From Brevirhabdus sp. (lineage in GTDB: Bacteria > Pseudomonadota > Alphaproteobacteria > Rhodobacterales > Rhodobacteraceae), in contig JAKZRT010000011.1 in NCBI GenBank assembly GCA_047518005.1, positions 3,701 to 67,700 on the forward strand: a stretch of DNA of 64,000 bases. The letters are read 5' to 3'. Positions 1-9,641 of the stretch are shown piece by piece. Positions within the stretch are counted from its first letter, which is position 1. Each line of letters starts with the position of its first letter. Made by a program: the position numbers and the translations under genes. Below the pieces are notes generated by a model. That model saw only the letters and a list, made by a program, of their open reading frames with translations. It was not told the origin of the DNA and searched no databases.

Positions 1-304
1 CCGTGCAATGGCCCGGTTCATGGACGTCGGTCAGCGTCGGCACCCCGACCGCGTCGCGTACACTTTCCAGAACCTTGAGGCCGGCGTCCAGGCCGGCTCC
101 GCGCTGGCCCGTCACCGATGTGCGGTTGGCCTTGTCGTAACTGGCTTTGAAAACATACCCCGCACCCGCGGCCTTGCAGGCCTCGGACATCGCGCCCGCG
201 ATCATCTGGGCATGATCGGCGCTTTCCAACTGGCAGGGTCCGGCGATCACCACCAAAGGACAATCGTTACCGAAAGTAACGCCCGCGACATCAACCTCGT
301 GCAT
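1..304 (-). CDS. kdsA: 2-dehydro-3-deoxyphosphooctonate aldolase (KDO-8-P synthase), N-terminal part. The gene runs off the left edge.
   Basis: Absent from the ORF track because it has no stop in the window. Manual minus-strand translation from the ATG at 304-302 gives MHEVDVAGVTFGNDCPLVVIAGPCQLES...GYVFKASYDKANRTS...LTDVHEP, which carries KdsA hallmark blocks. The ATG overlaps the upstream stop (ATGA). Confidence 0.8.
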   Translation of the reverse strand, partial: MHEVDVAGVTFGNDCPLVVIAGPCQLESADHAQMIAGAMSEACKAAGAGYVFKASYDKANRTSVTGQRGAGLDAGLKVLESVRDAVGVPTLTDVHEPGHCT

Positions 305-2007
305 CACGCGGATACCTGTTCGCGCAGGATTGACGCGGTGAGCGATAGCATCAGATAGAGGCCCGAAAATATCAGGAAGGCCAGGACGGTGTTCTCGAAC
401 GCGCGCGGATAGGCGGCCTCGTCCGGGGCGGTCGGACTCACCCCCAGCAGCAGATAGCGCACCTGGCGGTTGGCCTCGATCCGGGCGGTCTCCAACTGTT
501 GCAGCGATTGCGCGAACATCATCTGGCGCGTTTCAAGTTCGGATTCAGAAATGACCAGCTCGCCGGATATTCGCGCCAGCGACGCGCCGCCGCCAGTGCC
601 TTGGGTCATCTCGGCGCGCATCTCGGCGATCAGCGCTTCCAGTCGCCCGATAGTGCGTTTGGCGACATCGACCTTGGTCTGATTGGGACGGGCGTTGTCC
701 TGCAGCGATTGCAGCGAAAGACGCTGTTGTTTGAGTTGAACCTCAAAGGTTGAAATCTGCGTCATCAGCGAGCTCACCTCAGCCTCGGCTGACAAGACGC
801 CGCGTGCCTCTTGCAAGTCCAATACGCGTTTCTGGGCATCCAGCATTTTCAGTTCGGCATCGTCGTAGCTTTCCAGGGCCCCGGCCATCTGATCGTGTCG
901 AATTCTCTGGGTCAGCTGATCCACCTGTTCTTCGGCATAGGCGATCAGGGCAAGCGAATAATCACGGCTGACGTCCGGGTCGGCGGCAATGACTTCCATT
1001 CGCACGATGCCCTCGGTCGGGTCATAGCCAATGCGCACGCTGCGCTGATACCGTCGATAGGCGGCCTCGTTGGTGCCATCGGCGTCCAGCCTTTGCAGGG
1101 GGTCGATCTTTGGGTCGGAAAAATGCGCTTTGAACCCCAGGTCAGCGTCCAGCCGCAGCATCGCTTCGCGGGACTGGAGATAGCTCTGAACAGCAATCGA
1201 ATCCTGCGAATTCGCCAGGCTGGTGCCTGCCAGCAGGCTGCTGGCGGCGCTTTGTGCGGGGGCGTCGGCTTGTTGGATAAGAAATTGAGAATTGGTCGCG
1301 TACATCGGCGTCGCAATCGCCGAATAGTACACGCTTGCCGCAATGGTCGGGGCCGCTACAAAGGCAAATATCCGCGCCCCAAGGCCAATCAAATTGCGAC
1401 GCCTGCGCACCGCAATGTCCTGCTGCATTCGCATAATTTCGGCGGCGCGCCGGTCTTGGGCTTTTTCGGGTGCGCTCGGCACCGGGACCGGCGGCGACTT
1501 GGCAATCTGGGGCAGCACATTTGGAGCGACCGCCACGGCACCCGTGGCGCTGCCGCCCTCACCCGCGACAGGCAGTGTCTTGGGGGGTACGATTTGCAAG
1601 CGGTTTTTGCCAAATGGATCAACACCCTGCGCGCGCAGGGCCGCGACTGCTTCGGCGTCGGTGTTGGCCTTTATGCCACGGCGCGTCGCCAATCGGCGGG
1701 CCAATCGCATTTGGCGGGCCGTAGGTTCACCCGTCTTGGGCATTGGGGCCAATGGCTTTGCGGTGCCGTTACCCGGGGCAGGGGGCATGTCCGTTTCGCC
1801 AGACCCTGCACCAGGGTCGGTCCGAGCGGCAGCGCCCGCAGCCTTCGCAACCGACTGGGCGTCGGTCTTGCTGGTAACCGGCGCGCTGTTGCCGGTGCCA
1901 GCAGCCTTGGCGGGCTCTGGCACCGGCACGCCCGAAGCGGTCGTCCTCTCGGCCAGACCAAGCGACTTGCGCACCCGAAACTTTTTGGCTCTAGGCTTGG
2001 TATTCAT
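304..2007 (-). CDS. kpsE: Capsule polysaccharide export inner-membrane protein, KpsE/CtrB (Wzz-like) family, with a long Ala/Pro-rich N-terminal extension
   Basis: ORF 304..2115. The C-terminal two-thirds (SQFLIQQAD...IAVQSYLQSREAMLRLD...coiled coil...C-terminal TM) reads as KpsE-type. Start re-picked at MNTKPRAKK (2007), leaving a 17-nt overlap with the kpsT stop. Confidence 0.75.
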   Translation of the reverse strand: MNTKPRAKKFRVRKSLGLAERTTASGVPVPEPAKAAGTGNSAPVTSKTDAQSVAKAAGAAARTDPGAGSGETDMPPAPGNGTAKPLAPMPKTGEPTARQMRLARRLATRRGIKANTDAEAVAALRAQGVDPFGKNRLQIVPPKTLPVAGEGGSATGAVAVAPNVLPQIAKSPPVPVPSAPEKAQDRRAAEIMRMQQDIAVRRRRNLIGLGARIFAFVAAPTIAASVYYSAIATPMYATNSQFLIQQADAPAQSAASSLLAGTSLANSQDSIAVQSYLQSREAMLRLDADLGFKAHFSDPKIDPLQRLDADGTNEAAYRRYQRSVRIGYDPTEGIVRMEVIAADPDVSRDYSLALIAYAEEQVDQLTQRIRHDQMAGALESYDDAELKMLDAQKRVLDLQEARGVLSAEAEVSSLMTQISTFEVQLKQQRLSLQSLQDNARPNQTKVDVAKRTIGRLEALIAEMRAEMTQGTGGGASLARISGELVISESELETRQMMFAQSLQQLETARIEANRQVRYLLLGVSPTAPDEAAYPRAFENTVLAFLIFSGLYLMLSLTASILREQVSA

Positions 2008-2644
2008 AAAGCGATTGTGCCTCTTCCAGACTATCAAACATATAAAGTTTTCCGTCCCGCAGTACAGCCGCCGTCCGGCAGAATTTTTCCAGCGTTTCGG
2101 GCTGATGCGACACAACGATCACCGTGGTCTTTTCAAACCGCTCTTTCAGAATGGCGCCAGCCTTTTTGTTGAATTCAACATCCGTTGTCGACGGCATGCC
2201 TTCGTCGATCAGATAGATGTCGAAATCCAGTGCCAGCATCAGCGAAAAACAGAACCGTGCCCGCATGCCCTGGCTAAAGGTGCCGACCGGCATTTCAAAA
2301 TATTCGTCAAGTCCGCACAGCCAGCGGCTGAAGGCTTCGACATAATCCGGGTCAAGTCCGTACAGACGGGCAATATATCGGGCGTTTTCCTGGGCTGTGT
2401 GTCGATCGACGACACCGCCCATGAAGCCAAGCGGAAAAGACACGCGGCACCACCGTCGCACCTCGCCCTCGTCAGGTTTCTCCAGGCCCGCCATCATGTT
2501 GATTATCGTGGTCTTACCGGCACCGTTTGGCGCCAGAATCCCCAGCGAATTTCCAAGCTCCACGCGAAACGACGCCTGATCAAGAATGACCTTGCGCTGT
2601 TTGCCAGTCCAAAAGGACTTGCTGACGTTTCGAAACTCCAGCAT
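1991..2644 (-). CDS. kpsT: Capsule polysaccharide export ABC transporter, ATP-binding protein
   Basis: 217 aa with a Walker A (APNGAGKTT), KpsT-like length and a position next to kpsE. ATG verified at 2644-2642. Confidence 0.85.
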   Translation of the reverse strand: MLEFRNVSKSFWTGKQRKVILDQASFRVELGNSLGILAPNGAGKTTIINMMAGLEKPDEGEVRRWCRVSFPLGFMGGVVDRHTAQENARYIARLYGLDPDYVEAFSRWLCGLDEYFEMPVGTFSQGMRARFCFSLMLALDFDIYLIDEGMPSTTDVEFNKKAGAILKERFEKTTVIVVSHQPETLEKFCRTAAVLRDGKLYMFDSLEEAQSLYEYQA

Positions 2645-2737
2645 TCAAAAACTGATCCTGCCGACTGCACGCACCTGTTCTAGAGGTTTTTGGTTAACGC
2701 GTACTAATTGCCTCATCTACACTGTATTATGCGCGGA

Positions 2738-2771
2738 AAACCGCAACTTAATCAATCGCTCTGTGCGGTTT
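2738..2771 (-). terminator. Possible weak intrinsic terminator after nhaA
   Basis: 8-bp stem AAACCGCA/TGCGGTTT with an 18-nt loop. On the minus strand the 3' arm ends in UUU followed by UCC. The long loop and short U tract make it weak. Confidence 0.3.
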
Positions 2772-2824
2772 CGGCGCCGTCGCAGCTTCACCATTTCCAC
2801 CAACGCAGACCGCGAAAAATACAC

Positions 2825-4123
2825 CTAAACAGGTTGCCTTTCCACGCGGAACACCCGGCCAACGACAATTGCAATACCCGCAGCGAAGAAACTCAACAGC
2901 GCGCCCATTTTGGCGGCGTCCTGCACCTCGCCCGGCGGGAAGGCGACCGCAGCGAGGAAAAGGGCCACCGTAAAGCCGATTGCGGCCACGCAACCGATCA
3001 CAAACAAGTCCCTGACGCGCATGCCGTTGGGCAGTCCAAGTTGCAGCGGCACGGCGGCGATCCAGCCCAGGCAAAGCACGCCGAAAGGCTTGCCCACCAA
3101 CAGGCCCAAGAGAACCAGCCAGGTCGGCGAAGATATGGCCGAAAATTCAACCCCCGCATTCAATAGACCGAACATGAACAAAACGACCTCGACGGGGTAT
3201 CTCAGCATATGCTCGGCCTGGTTCAGAAGGTCGGTCAGATAGGTCTCGGCCTCTGAGAAGAAGCCGAATGCCCGATCCGCGTGGGGAATCGCCGGGATGA
3301 CCGGCAACAACCCAAGCGACGGGTGAATCCCGGCCTTGGCAAAGCCAAACCAGCTCAGCGCCCCGGCAACGGCGTAGGGCCAAACCGACAGGGTTTTGCG
3401 GAGCCTGGTCGAGACCGGCCGCAACTCGCGTTCGTCGTCCAGTTTTCGGGGCAGCCAGTTGAAGACCAGATAGACCGCAACTGCCGCGCCTACCGAAAGC
3501 AACAGCCACTCCAGCGCCAAATCACCGGTGGGATAGAAAACCGCAATGATGATCAGGCCGGCCGCGTCGTCGGCGATGGCCAGCAACAATAGGAACCGCA
3601 CCGCCGGGTGGCCGGCGCCAAAGACGATGCGCCCGACAAGATAGGAAAAGGCAATATCCGTCGCGGTCGGCACCGCCCATCCGCGCGCCACCGCGTCGTA
3701 AACGTCCGACCCAAGGAATGCCGCAAGACCAAGATAAACCGCCACCGGCCCCAACATGCCGCCGACCGTCGCGAAAAGCGGTGTGATGGCTTTTCTGCCT
3801 CGAAGCGAGCCGTTTTTTAGGATAATCGCTTCCCAAACCTCCTTGCCCGCGATGGCGAAGAAAAGCGCCATCAGCATGTCGTTGACCAAGTAGTGCAAAC
3901 TGATGACCCTTGTGGCCTCGCCAATTGCGAATTGCTCATAGCCGTGACCGAACGACGCTTTCCAATTGGTCACGTTCAGGCCGATCAAGTCGTTGAAAAT
4001 CAAGGGGTATTCAGCAAAGTGATGAAAGCTCTCGGCGTTCGAATTGGCCCAGACAAGCGCGATCAGCGCGCCAGAAATCAACATCAGCGAATAGTCGGTG
4101 ACAAAATTCCACACGCGGTACAT
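2825..4123 (-). CDS. nhaA: Na+/H+ antiporter NhaA
   Basis: 432-aa polytopic membrane protein that reads as NhaA family throughout (MYRVWNFVTDYSLMLISGALIALVWANS...). ATG verified at 4123. Confidence 0.9.
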   Translation of the reverse strand: MYRVWNFVTDYSLMLISGALIALVWANSNAESFHHFAEYPLIFNDLIGLNVTNWKASFGHGYEQFAIGEATRVISLHYLVNDMLMALFFAIAGKEVWEAIILKNGSLRGRKAITPLFATVGGMLGPVAVYLGLAAFLGSDVYDAVARGWAVPTATDIAFSYLVGRIVFGAGHPAVRFLLLLAIADDAAGLIIIAVFYPTGDLALEWLLLSVGAAVAVYLVFNWLPRKLDDERELRPVSTRLRKTLSVWPYAVAGALSWFGFAKAGIHPSLGLLPVIPAIPHADRAFGFFSEAETYLTDLLNQAEHMLRYPVEVVLFMFGLLNAGVEFSAISSPTWLVLLGLLVGKPFGVLCLGWIAAVPLQLGLPNGMRVRDLFVIGCVAAIGFTVALFLAAVAFPPGEVQDAAKMGALLSFFAAGIAIVVGRVFRVERQPV

Positions 4124-4236
4124 GCACGGGGCTCCCTGCCTCTGGTCCCTGGCCGGTGATTAGAGGATGCGCCAGCGCACCGCAAGACCGCTGCCGCGCT
4201 GTTGACACTGGGTGAACACTGCTGGATTTGAAGCCC

Positions 4237-4830
4237 ATGAGCCCGACGCTGACCCAGGAAATATCGCGCTGCACGCTCTGCGCCGAAAAGTTTGCGGCCA
4301 CCGCAACGGCGCACGTTCCGCGACCGGTGGTATGGTTCAGCGCCGAGGCGCGGATTTTGATCGCCGGACAGGCTCCCGGGCTGAAAGTCCACAACAGCGG
4401 GCGTCCGTTCACCGATCCCTCGGGGGATCGGCTGCGCGACTGGATGGGCATCGACGCCGATACTTTTTACGACCAGGGCCAGATCGCTATCGTCCCGATG
4501 GCGTTTTGTTTCCCTGGCTACAACGCCAAAGGCTCGGACCTGCCGCCACCGCCGATCTGCGCGCGCACCTGGCGCGACCGGGTGATCACCTCGATTGGCA
4601 CGGTCAAGCTGACGCTTCTGATCGGCGGCTACGCGCAACGTTGGCATTTGGGGGCGGCGGCCAAGGCTGGCGTGCATGCCACAGTCGCCCGGTGGCGCGA
4701 TTTTGGTCCGGCCATACTGCCGCTTCCGCACCCCAGCTGGCGCAACACTGCCTGGTTGCAGAAAACCCCCTGGTTCGAGGCTGCGTTTCTGCCCGAGCTC
4801 CGCGCGCGGGTCCTCAAGGCCTTGGCGTGA
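4237..4830 (+). CDS. Uracil-DNA glycosylase superfamily protein
   Basis: ORF 4228..4830 begins at a TTG, so I prefer the ATG at 4237. Contains CTLC..., the ILIAGQAPG motif and FCFPG, as in UDG family 4/5-like proteins. Confidence 0.8.
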   Translation: MSPTLTQEISRCTLCAEKFAATATAHVPRPVVWFSAEARILIAGQAPGLKVHNSGRPFTDPSGDRLRDWMGIDADTFYDQGQIAIVPMAFCFPGYNAKGSDLPPPPICARTWRDRVITSIGTVKLTLLIGGYAQRWHLGAAAKAGVHATVARWRDFGPAILPLPHPSWRNTAWLQKTPWFEAAFLPELRARVLKALA

Positions 4831-5660
4831 TGCAACAAACCCCGCTGGACATTGCGCACGCGGCAATGATTGCCTCGGGCGACGCCGCCGCGCCCCGCGC
4901 CGCGCTGTTGGCGTGCCTCGGCGATACCGAACTGATCCTGCTGCTGGCGGACCAGACGGGCGCGCCGGGTGTCACTCCCGAGATATTTGATACTTCCGAT
5001 GGCCGTTTTGCAATCGCCTTTGACACCCAAGAACGGCTTGCCGACTTTGCCAAAGCGGTTGCGCACTGCGTCACGCTTCCCGGTCGGGTGTTGTCGGCCA
5101 TGCTGACCGAGGCCGACCTAGGCCTGGCTCTCAACCCCGGTGTCGCGCCGTCGTCCCATCTTTTTTCGACCGCGTCGCTGGCATGGCTGAACGACACCCT
5201 GAACACCGCGCCCCGGATCCACGAGCGCACCGTCACCGAAATTTTTGCCCCCAATGTGGAAACCACCGATGTCCTGAGGGCTCTGGACCATAAACTTGCC
5301 AAGGCTGCGGGGCTGGCATCGCACGCAGCCCTCGCTCGCGTCGCCTTTAGCAACGGCGACACCGCTCATATCGTAGGGTTTCTTGATCCGGTGCCCGGAG
5401 CCGAAGGCGCGCTGGCCCGTGCGGTCAACCAGGCGTTGACCTTTGCCGACGCCGCAGGCACCTGGGAAGTTGGGTTTTTCGGTGCTGAAACAACGATCGG
5501 CAAAGCCTTGATACGAAACGGGATTGTTCTGAACCTTCCGCAACGATCGGACCCGGTTAGACCCGCCGCGCCCGGGTCCGACCCCGATAAGCCGCCGATC
5601 TTGAAATACCCTCTGGCATCAATAGCCCTGATCGCGGTCGACGAGGTTGACGAAAGGTAA
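4830..5660 (+). CDS. Conserved hypothetical protein, SseB-like
   Basis: In-frame distal part of ORF 4212..5660. The ATG at 4830 shares its A with the UDG stop (TGATG). MQQTPLDIAHAAM... resembles proteins annotated as SseB family. High third-position GC. Confidence 0.5.
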   Translation: MQQTPLDIAHAAMIASGDAAAPRAALLACLGDTELILLLADQTGAPGVTPEIFDTSDGRFAIAFDTQERLADFAKAVAHCVTLPGRVLSAMLTEADLGLALNPGVAPSSHLFSTASLAWLNDTLNTAPRIHERTVTEIFAPNVETTDVLRALDHKLAKAAGLASHAALARVAFSNGDTAHIVGFLDPVPGAEGALARAVNQALTFADAAGTWEVGFFGAETTIGKALIRNGIVLNLPQRSDPVRPAAPGSDPDKPPILKYPLASIALIAVDEVDER

Positions 5661-6551
5661 TCCGGCCTCGCCCCGGCGCACGTTTTCGGAAATCACCCGC
5701 GCCGCGGTCTCGGGACGGGTCGCCGAGGCAATGTGCGGTGTGACCGTCACATTTGGATGCGTCCAGAACCGGTGATCGGCTGGCAAAGGCTCGGTGCGAA
5801 ACACGTCCAATGTGGCCCGCGACACGCGACCGCTGTCCAGCGCCGCAAGCAGCGCACCCTCGTCGATCAATCCGCCGCGACCGGGGTTTAAAAGAACCGC
5901 GCCTGGTTTGATCCGGGCCAGCGTGCGCGCATTGATTACACATTCAGTGCGCCTCGTAAGCGGAAGCAAAAGAACCAGAAAATCAGCTCGGCCAAGAACC
6001 GAGCGAAGACCCTTGTCGCCACTATATGTATCGATCCCATCCATCTTCCTGGGTCGCCGAGACCACGCGGCGACTTGAAACCCAAGGCCCACCAGCATCG
6101 CGGCGCAGGCCGACCCCAGTGCACCGAGTCCCAGAAATCCAACAGTCCTTTCGCGCGCCAGCGACGGCACCCGGGGCGCCCACTCGGACCCAGTGTTCAA
6201 AATATCCGCGTCCAGCCCCAGATGGTACCGGAGAATGTGTCCGGACACCCATTCGGCCATTCCCGTTGCCAATCCGGGGTCGACCATCCGCGCCAACGGT
6301 TGGGTAAGGGTTTGATTGTGAACAATATCCTCGACCCCGGCCCACAGCCCCAGCACCGCGCGGGTGCGGATATACGGCGTGAAATCCGCCACCGGGCCGT
6401 TCGGTGCAAAAACGATGTAATCAACCTCCCCAGGCGCAAATCCCGACGCCCGCAGATCCGCGTTAACCCCAAATTCGGCCAGCGCCTGCGTCAGCGGCCC
6501 GCGATAATCGTCCCAAAGGCCGTCGCGGGCCGAGAAAAGGATATTGACCAT
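5619..6551 (-). CDS. D-isomer-specific 2-hydroxyacid dehydrogenase (glyoxylate/hydroxypyruvate reductase A-like)
   Basis: Contains the NAD-binding GFLGLGALG motif and a C-terminal catalytic region (TPHIAS). Start re-picked at MVNILF (ATG verified at 6551), 4 nt after the rodA stop. Confidence 0.8.
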   Translation of the reverse strand: MVNILFSARDGLWDDYRGPLTQALAEFGVNADLRASGFAPGEVDYIVFAPNGPVADFTPYIRTRAVLGLWAGVEDIVHNQTLTQPLARMVDPGLATGMAEWVSGHILRYHLGLDADILNTGSEWAPRVPSLARERTVGFLGLGALGSACAAMLVGLGFQVAAWSRRPRKMDGIDTYSGDKGLRSVLGRADFLVLLLPLTRRTECVINARTLARIKPGAVLLNPGRGGLIDEGALLAALDSGRVSRATLDVFRTEPLPADHRFWTHPNVTVTPHIASATRPETAARVISENVRRGEAGLPFVNLVDRDQGY

Positions 6552-6555
6552 CGAT

Positions 6556-7695
6556 CTATCTTGGCCGATGGACATGCGCCGACTGGATCAACCCGAAGGC
6601 CCCCAGCAGCACCAGCATCGCCGAGCCGCCATAGCTGACCAGCGGCAGCGGCACACCGACCACCGGGGCCAGACCCATGACCATCGACATGTTGACGGCA
6701 AAATAGAGGAAGAAGGTGGCGGCAATGCCCCAGATCAACAGCGACGAATAGCGCGACGGGTTCGCCAGTGCGCTCAGGATGCAAAACAAAAGGATCAGCG
6801 CATACAGCACCAACAGCGACATGCCTCCGACAAAGCCGAATTCTTCGGCCAGCGTGGTGAAGATGAAATCGGTGTGCTTTTCGGGCAGGAAATTCAGCCG
6901 CGACTGAGTGCCTTGCATAAATCCGCGCCCGCTCCACCCGCCGGACCCAAGGGCAATCTTCGACTGGGTGATGTGGTATCCGGCCCCCAATGGGTCGGTC
7001 GACGGGTCAAGAAACGTGTCGATGCGCCGAAACTGATAATCCTCCAGCAACTGCCATTCGGTGCCGCGCGACACGAAAACGCTGGTGATCAGGGCGCCGA
7101 CCATGGCGATGACGGCGGCAAAATAAAGGATGTGGACGCCGGCCAGAAACATCAGAATTCCGCCCCCTGCCAGCAGCAGAATGGCGGTTCCAAGATCGGG
7201 CTGTTGCAGAACCATCGCGGTCGGGATCAGGGTCAGCGCGATCGGCAGCGCCACCCACAAGGGGCGCGACACTTTGGCCATCGGCAACCAATCGTAATAG
7301 GCCGCCAGCGCCATGATCAGCGCAATCTTGGTCACTTCCGAGGGCTGAAACCGCAGGAAACCAAGATCGATCCAGCGCTGCGCGCCCATCCCGACGCTGC
7401 CAAAGAAATCAACCGCCAACAACAAGCCCAATGACCCCAGATAGGCCAGAAATGACATATTGCGCCAAAACCATATCGGCACCATCGCCACCGCGAACAT
7501 AATCCCCATGCCCACAAGAAACCGCTTGAACTGGGGTTCGACCCAGGGGCTGACCGACCCTCCGGCGACCGAGAAAAGCTGCACCAGCCCCATGAAAACC
7601 ACTGCCGTCAGCAACAGGATCAGCGGCCAGTTCAGATAGAGAACTTTTGACGCCCCGGCCGGGACCCGCTTTACGGTGTATTCCAGATAGGTCAC
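6556..7695 (-). CDS. rodA: Rod-shape-determining peptidoglycan glycosyltransferase RodA (FtsW/RodA/SpoVE family)
   Basis: 379-aa polytopic protein in the conserved position after mrdA. The GTG start at 7695 overlaps the mrdA stop (GTGA). Confidence 0.9.
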   Translation of the reverse strand: MTYLEYTVKRVPAGASKVLYLNWPLILLLTAVVFMGLVQLFSVAGGSVSPWVEPQFKRFLVGMGIMFAVAMVPIWFWRNMSFLAYLGSLGLLLAVDFFGSVGMGAQRWIDLGFLRFQPSEVTKIALIMALAAYYDWLPMAKVSRPLWVALPIALTLIPTAMVLQQPDLGTAILLLAGGGILMFLAGVHILYFAAVIAMVGALITSVFVSRGTEWQLLEDYQFRRIDTFLDPSTDPLGAGYHITQSKIALGSGGWSGRGFMQGTQSRLNFLPEKHTDFIFTTLAEEFGFVGGMSLLVLYALILLFCILSALANPSRYSSLLIWGIAATFFLYFAVNMSMVMGLAPVVGVPLPLVSYGGSAMLVLLGAFGLIQSAHVHRPR

Positions 7696-9641
7696 GCGCG
7701 CGACTTTGCGGGCGTTGACGCGGCGGGTGCCGGCGGCAGCAGGTCCAGTCCTTCCTGCATCTCGCGAATGGTCTCGCGCTGATAGGACGGATACGAGGTC
7801 AGCGGCGGCAGACGCCCGTGCAGCGCCTGCAGGATGATGTCGCGGGCAATCGGCGCCGCGGCGCGGCTGCCCGATCCGCCGTGTTCGACCACCACCGAGA
7901 CCGCAACCTTGGGGTCATCATGGGGGGCAAACGCCACAAACAGCGCGTGGTCGCGCCGGTCCCAGGGCAGGTCCGCGTTCGAGGTCACGCCGGCGGCGCG
8001 CTCGGCGACGGTCATGCTGCGCACCTGGCTGGTGCCGGTTTTCCCGGCCAATCGCGCACCTTCCTCGACAATCTGCGACCCACGCGCCGTGCCGCCTTGT
8101 TTGTTCGATACCGCGTACATGGCCTCGCGGACAGCGTTGAGGTGCTCGGGTGCCACGTCAATCGGGCTGGTTTCCGGCTCGCCACTTGGCTGCCCGCCAA
8201 TCGACCGAACCAGACGCGGGGTCAGATCGCGCCCCGACGCAATGCGCGCGGTCATCACCGCCAATTGCAGCGGCGAGGTCAACACGAACCCCTGCCCAAT
8301 TGCTGCGTTCAACGTATCGCCCGTGACCCAGACCTCGTCGTAACGCCTTTGCTTCCAGGCGCGCGTCGGAGTCAGCCCCTCGGCCACCGCCGACATCGGC
8401 AGCTCAAACTTCGTGCCCAGCCCGAACTTCCGCGCCATCGCCGTGATCGCGTCGATGCCCACCCGCTGCGCCATCTCATAGTAAAATACGTCGCAGGATT
8501 GTTTGAGGCTGTTGTGCAGGTCCATGTGCCCATGCCCGCCACGCTTCCAGCAATGAAACCTGCGCCGTCCCAATTGCGTGTAACCCGGGCACCAGACGGT
8601 TTCGTTGAAATCGATGTGACCGCCTGCAAGTGCCGCCATTGCCGTGACCAGCTTGAAAACTGATCCAGGCGGATAGGTGCCCTGAACCGACTTATTGGCC
8701 AACGGCACGAATTCGTCGTCGGTCAGCCTGCGATAATCGGCGACCGAAATGCCCCGCACAAACAGGTTCGGATCAAAGGCCGGGGCCGAGGCAATCGCCA
8801 GAATATCGCCGTTTCGGGTGTCCATAACCACCGCCGAAGCGCTTTCGCCCGCCAGACGCGCCTGGGCGAAGTTTTGCAGGCGGTGGTCCAGCGTCAGCGT
8901 CACATCGGCCCCCGGCGTGCCCTCGTCGCGGTCGATCTCGCGCATGATCCGCCCCGCCGCGTTGACCTCGATACGCTTGGCGCCCGCCTTGCCGCGCAGC
9001 AGAATTTCCAACTTCGCCTCGACCCCGATCTTGCCGACCTGAAACTCGGGGATCTGCAACAGCGGATCGGGGTCCTCGACCCGATCGAGATCGCTTTCAC
9101 TGACCGGGCCGACATAGCCCAGCACATGGGCCAGATCGCCCTTCAGGGGATAGCCACGGCTCAAGCCCACCTCGGGGGTGATCCCGGGCAGGGCAGGGGC
9201 GTTGACCGCGACGCGGCTGATCTCTTCCCAACTCAGCCGGTCGGCCAGCGTGACCGGCACGAACGGCTTGCGCCGCGCCACCTCGCGCAGCGCCTTTTCC
9301 AGCGCGTCCGGTTCCAGGTCGATCAGCTTGGAAAGGCGGGCCACAATCGCGTCCAGATCACCTGCATCCTCGCGGATCAGGACGATACGGTAATTCTGCT
9401 GGTTTTCCGCCAGCTTGACACCGTTGCGATCGAAAATGATCCCCCGCGGCGGCGCCAGCAGGCGGATGTTGACGCGGTTCTCTTCCGCCAGCATCCGATA
9501 CTGGTCGGCCTCGTTAACCTGCATGAACCGCATTCTCAGCGCCAGCGTTGCGATAACCGCGGCCATCCCGCCGCCCAGCAACAGACCCCGACGCGATACC
9601 CGGCGAATGCTCTCGGCGCGGTCCTCTTCGGCGCGTTTCAT
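7692..9641 (-). CDS. mrdA: Penicillin-binding protein 2 (elongasome transpeptidase)
   Basis: Reads as PBP2 (PBP dimerisation plus transpeptidase domains, SVFK and KTGT motifs). The ORF-track start (9854) lies inside mreD. I re-picked MKRAEEDRAES at 9641, which overlaps the mreD stop (ATGA). Confidence 0.9.
   Translation of the reverse strand: MKRAEEDRAESIRRVSRRGLLLGGGMAAVIATLALRMRFMQVNEADQYRMLAEENRVNIRLLAPPRGIIFDRNGVKLAENQQNYRIVLIREDAGDLDAIVARLSKLIDLEPDALEKALREVARRKPFVPVTLADRLSWEEISRVAVNAPALPGITPEVGLSRGYPLKGDLAHVLGYVGPVSESDLDRVEDPDPLLQIPEFQVGKIGVEAKLEILLRGKAGAKRIEVNAAGRIMREIDRDEGTPGADVTLTLDHRLQNFAQARLAGESASAVVMDTRNGDILAIASAPAFDPNLFVRGISVADYRRLTDDEFVPLANKSVQGTYPPGSVFKLVTAMAALAGGHIDFNETVWCPGYTQLGRRRFHCWKRGGHGHMDLHNSLKQSCDVFYYEMAQRVGIDAITAMARKFGLGTKFELPMSAVAEGLTPTRAWKQRRYDEVWVTGDTLNAAIGQGFVLTSPLQLAVMTARIASGRDLTPRLVRSIGGQPSGEPETSPIDVAPEHLNAVREAMYAVSNKQGGTARGSQIVEEGARLAGKTGTSQVRSMTVAERAAGVTSNADLPWDRRDHALFVAFAPHDDPKVAVSVVVEHGGSGSRAAAPIARDIILQALHGRLPPLTSYPSYQRETIREMQEGLDLLPPAPAASTPAKSRA

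Noticed and set aside
8-358. 116-aa plus-strand ORF at the left edge
   Set aside because: The minus strand of the same interval translates into a textbook KdsA N-terminus, and the plus-strand product has no recognisable features.
811-2172. 453-aa plus-strand ORF antisense to kpsE/kpsT
   Set aside because: Its composition is Arg/Gly/His/Pro-rich and not protein-like. The opposite strand encodes recognisable KpsE and KpsT. This is the usual long antisense ORF of a high-GC genome.
4212-5660. Single 482-aa ORF spanning the UDG and SseB-like region
   Set aside because: Its first ~206 codons lie in an alternative frame over the UDG-family gene and look non-protein-like (Arg/Gly/Ala-rich). Only the part from the ATG at 4830 onward is taken as real.
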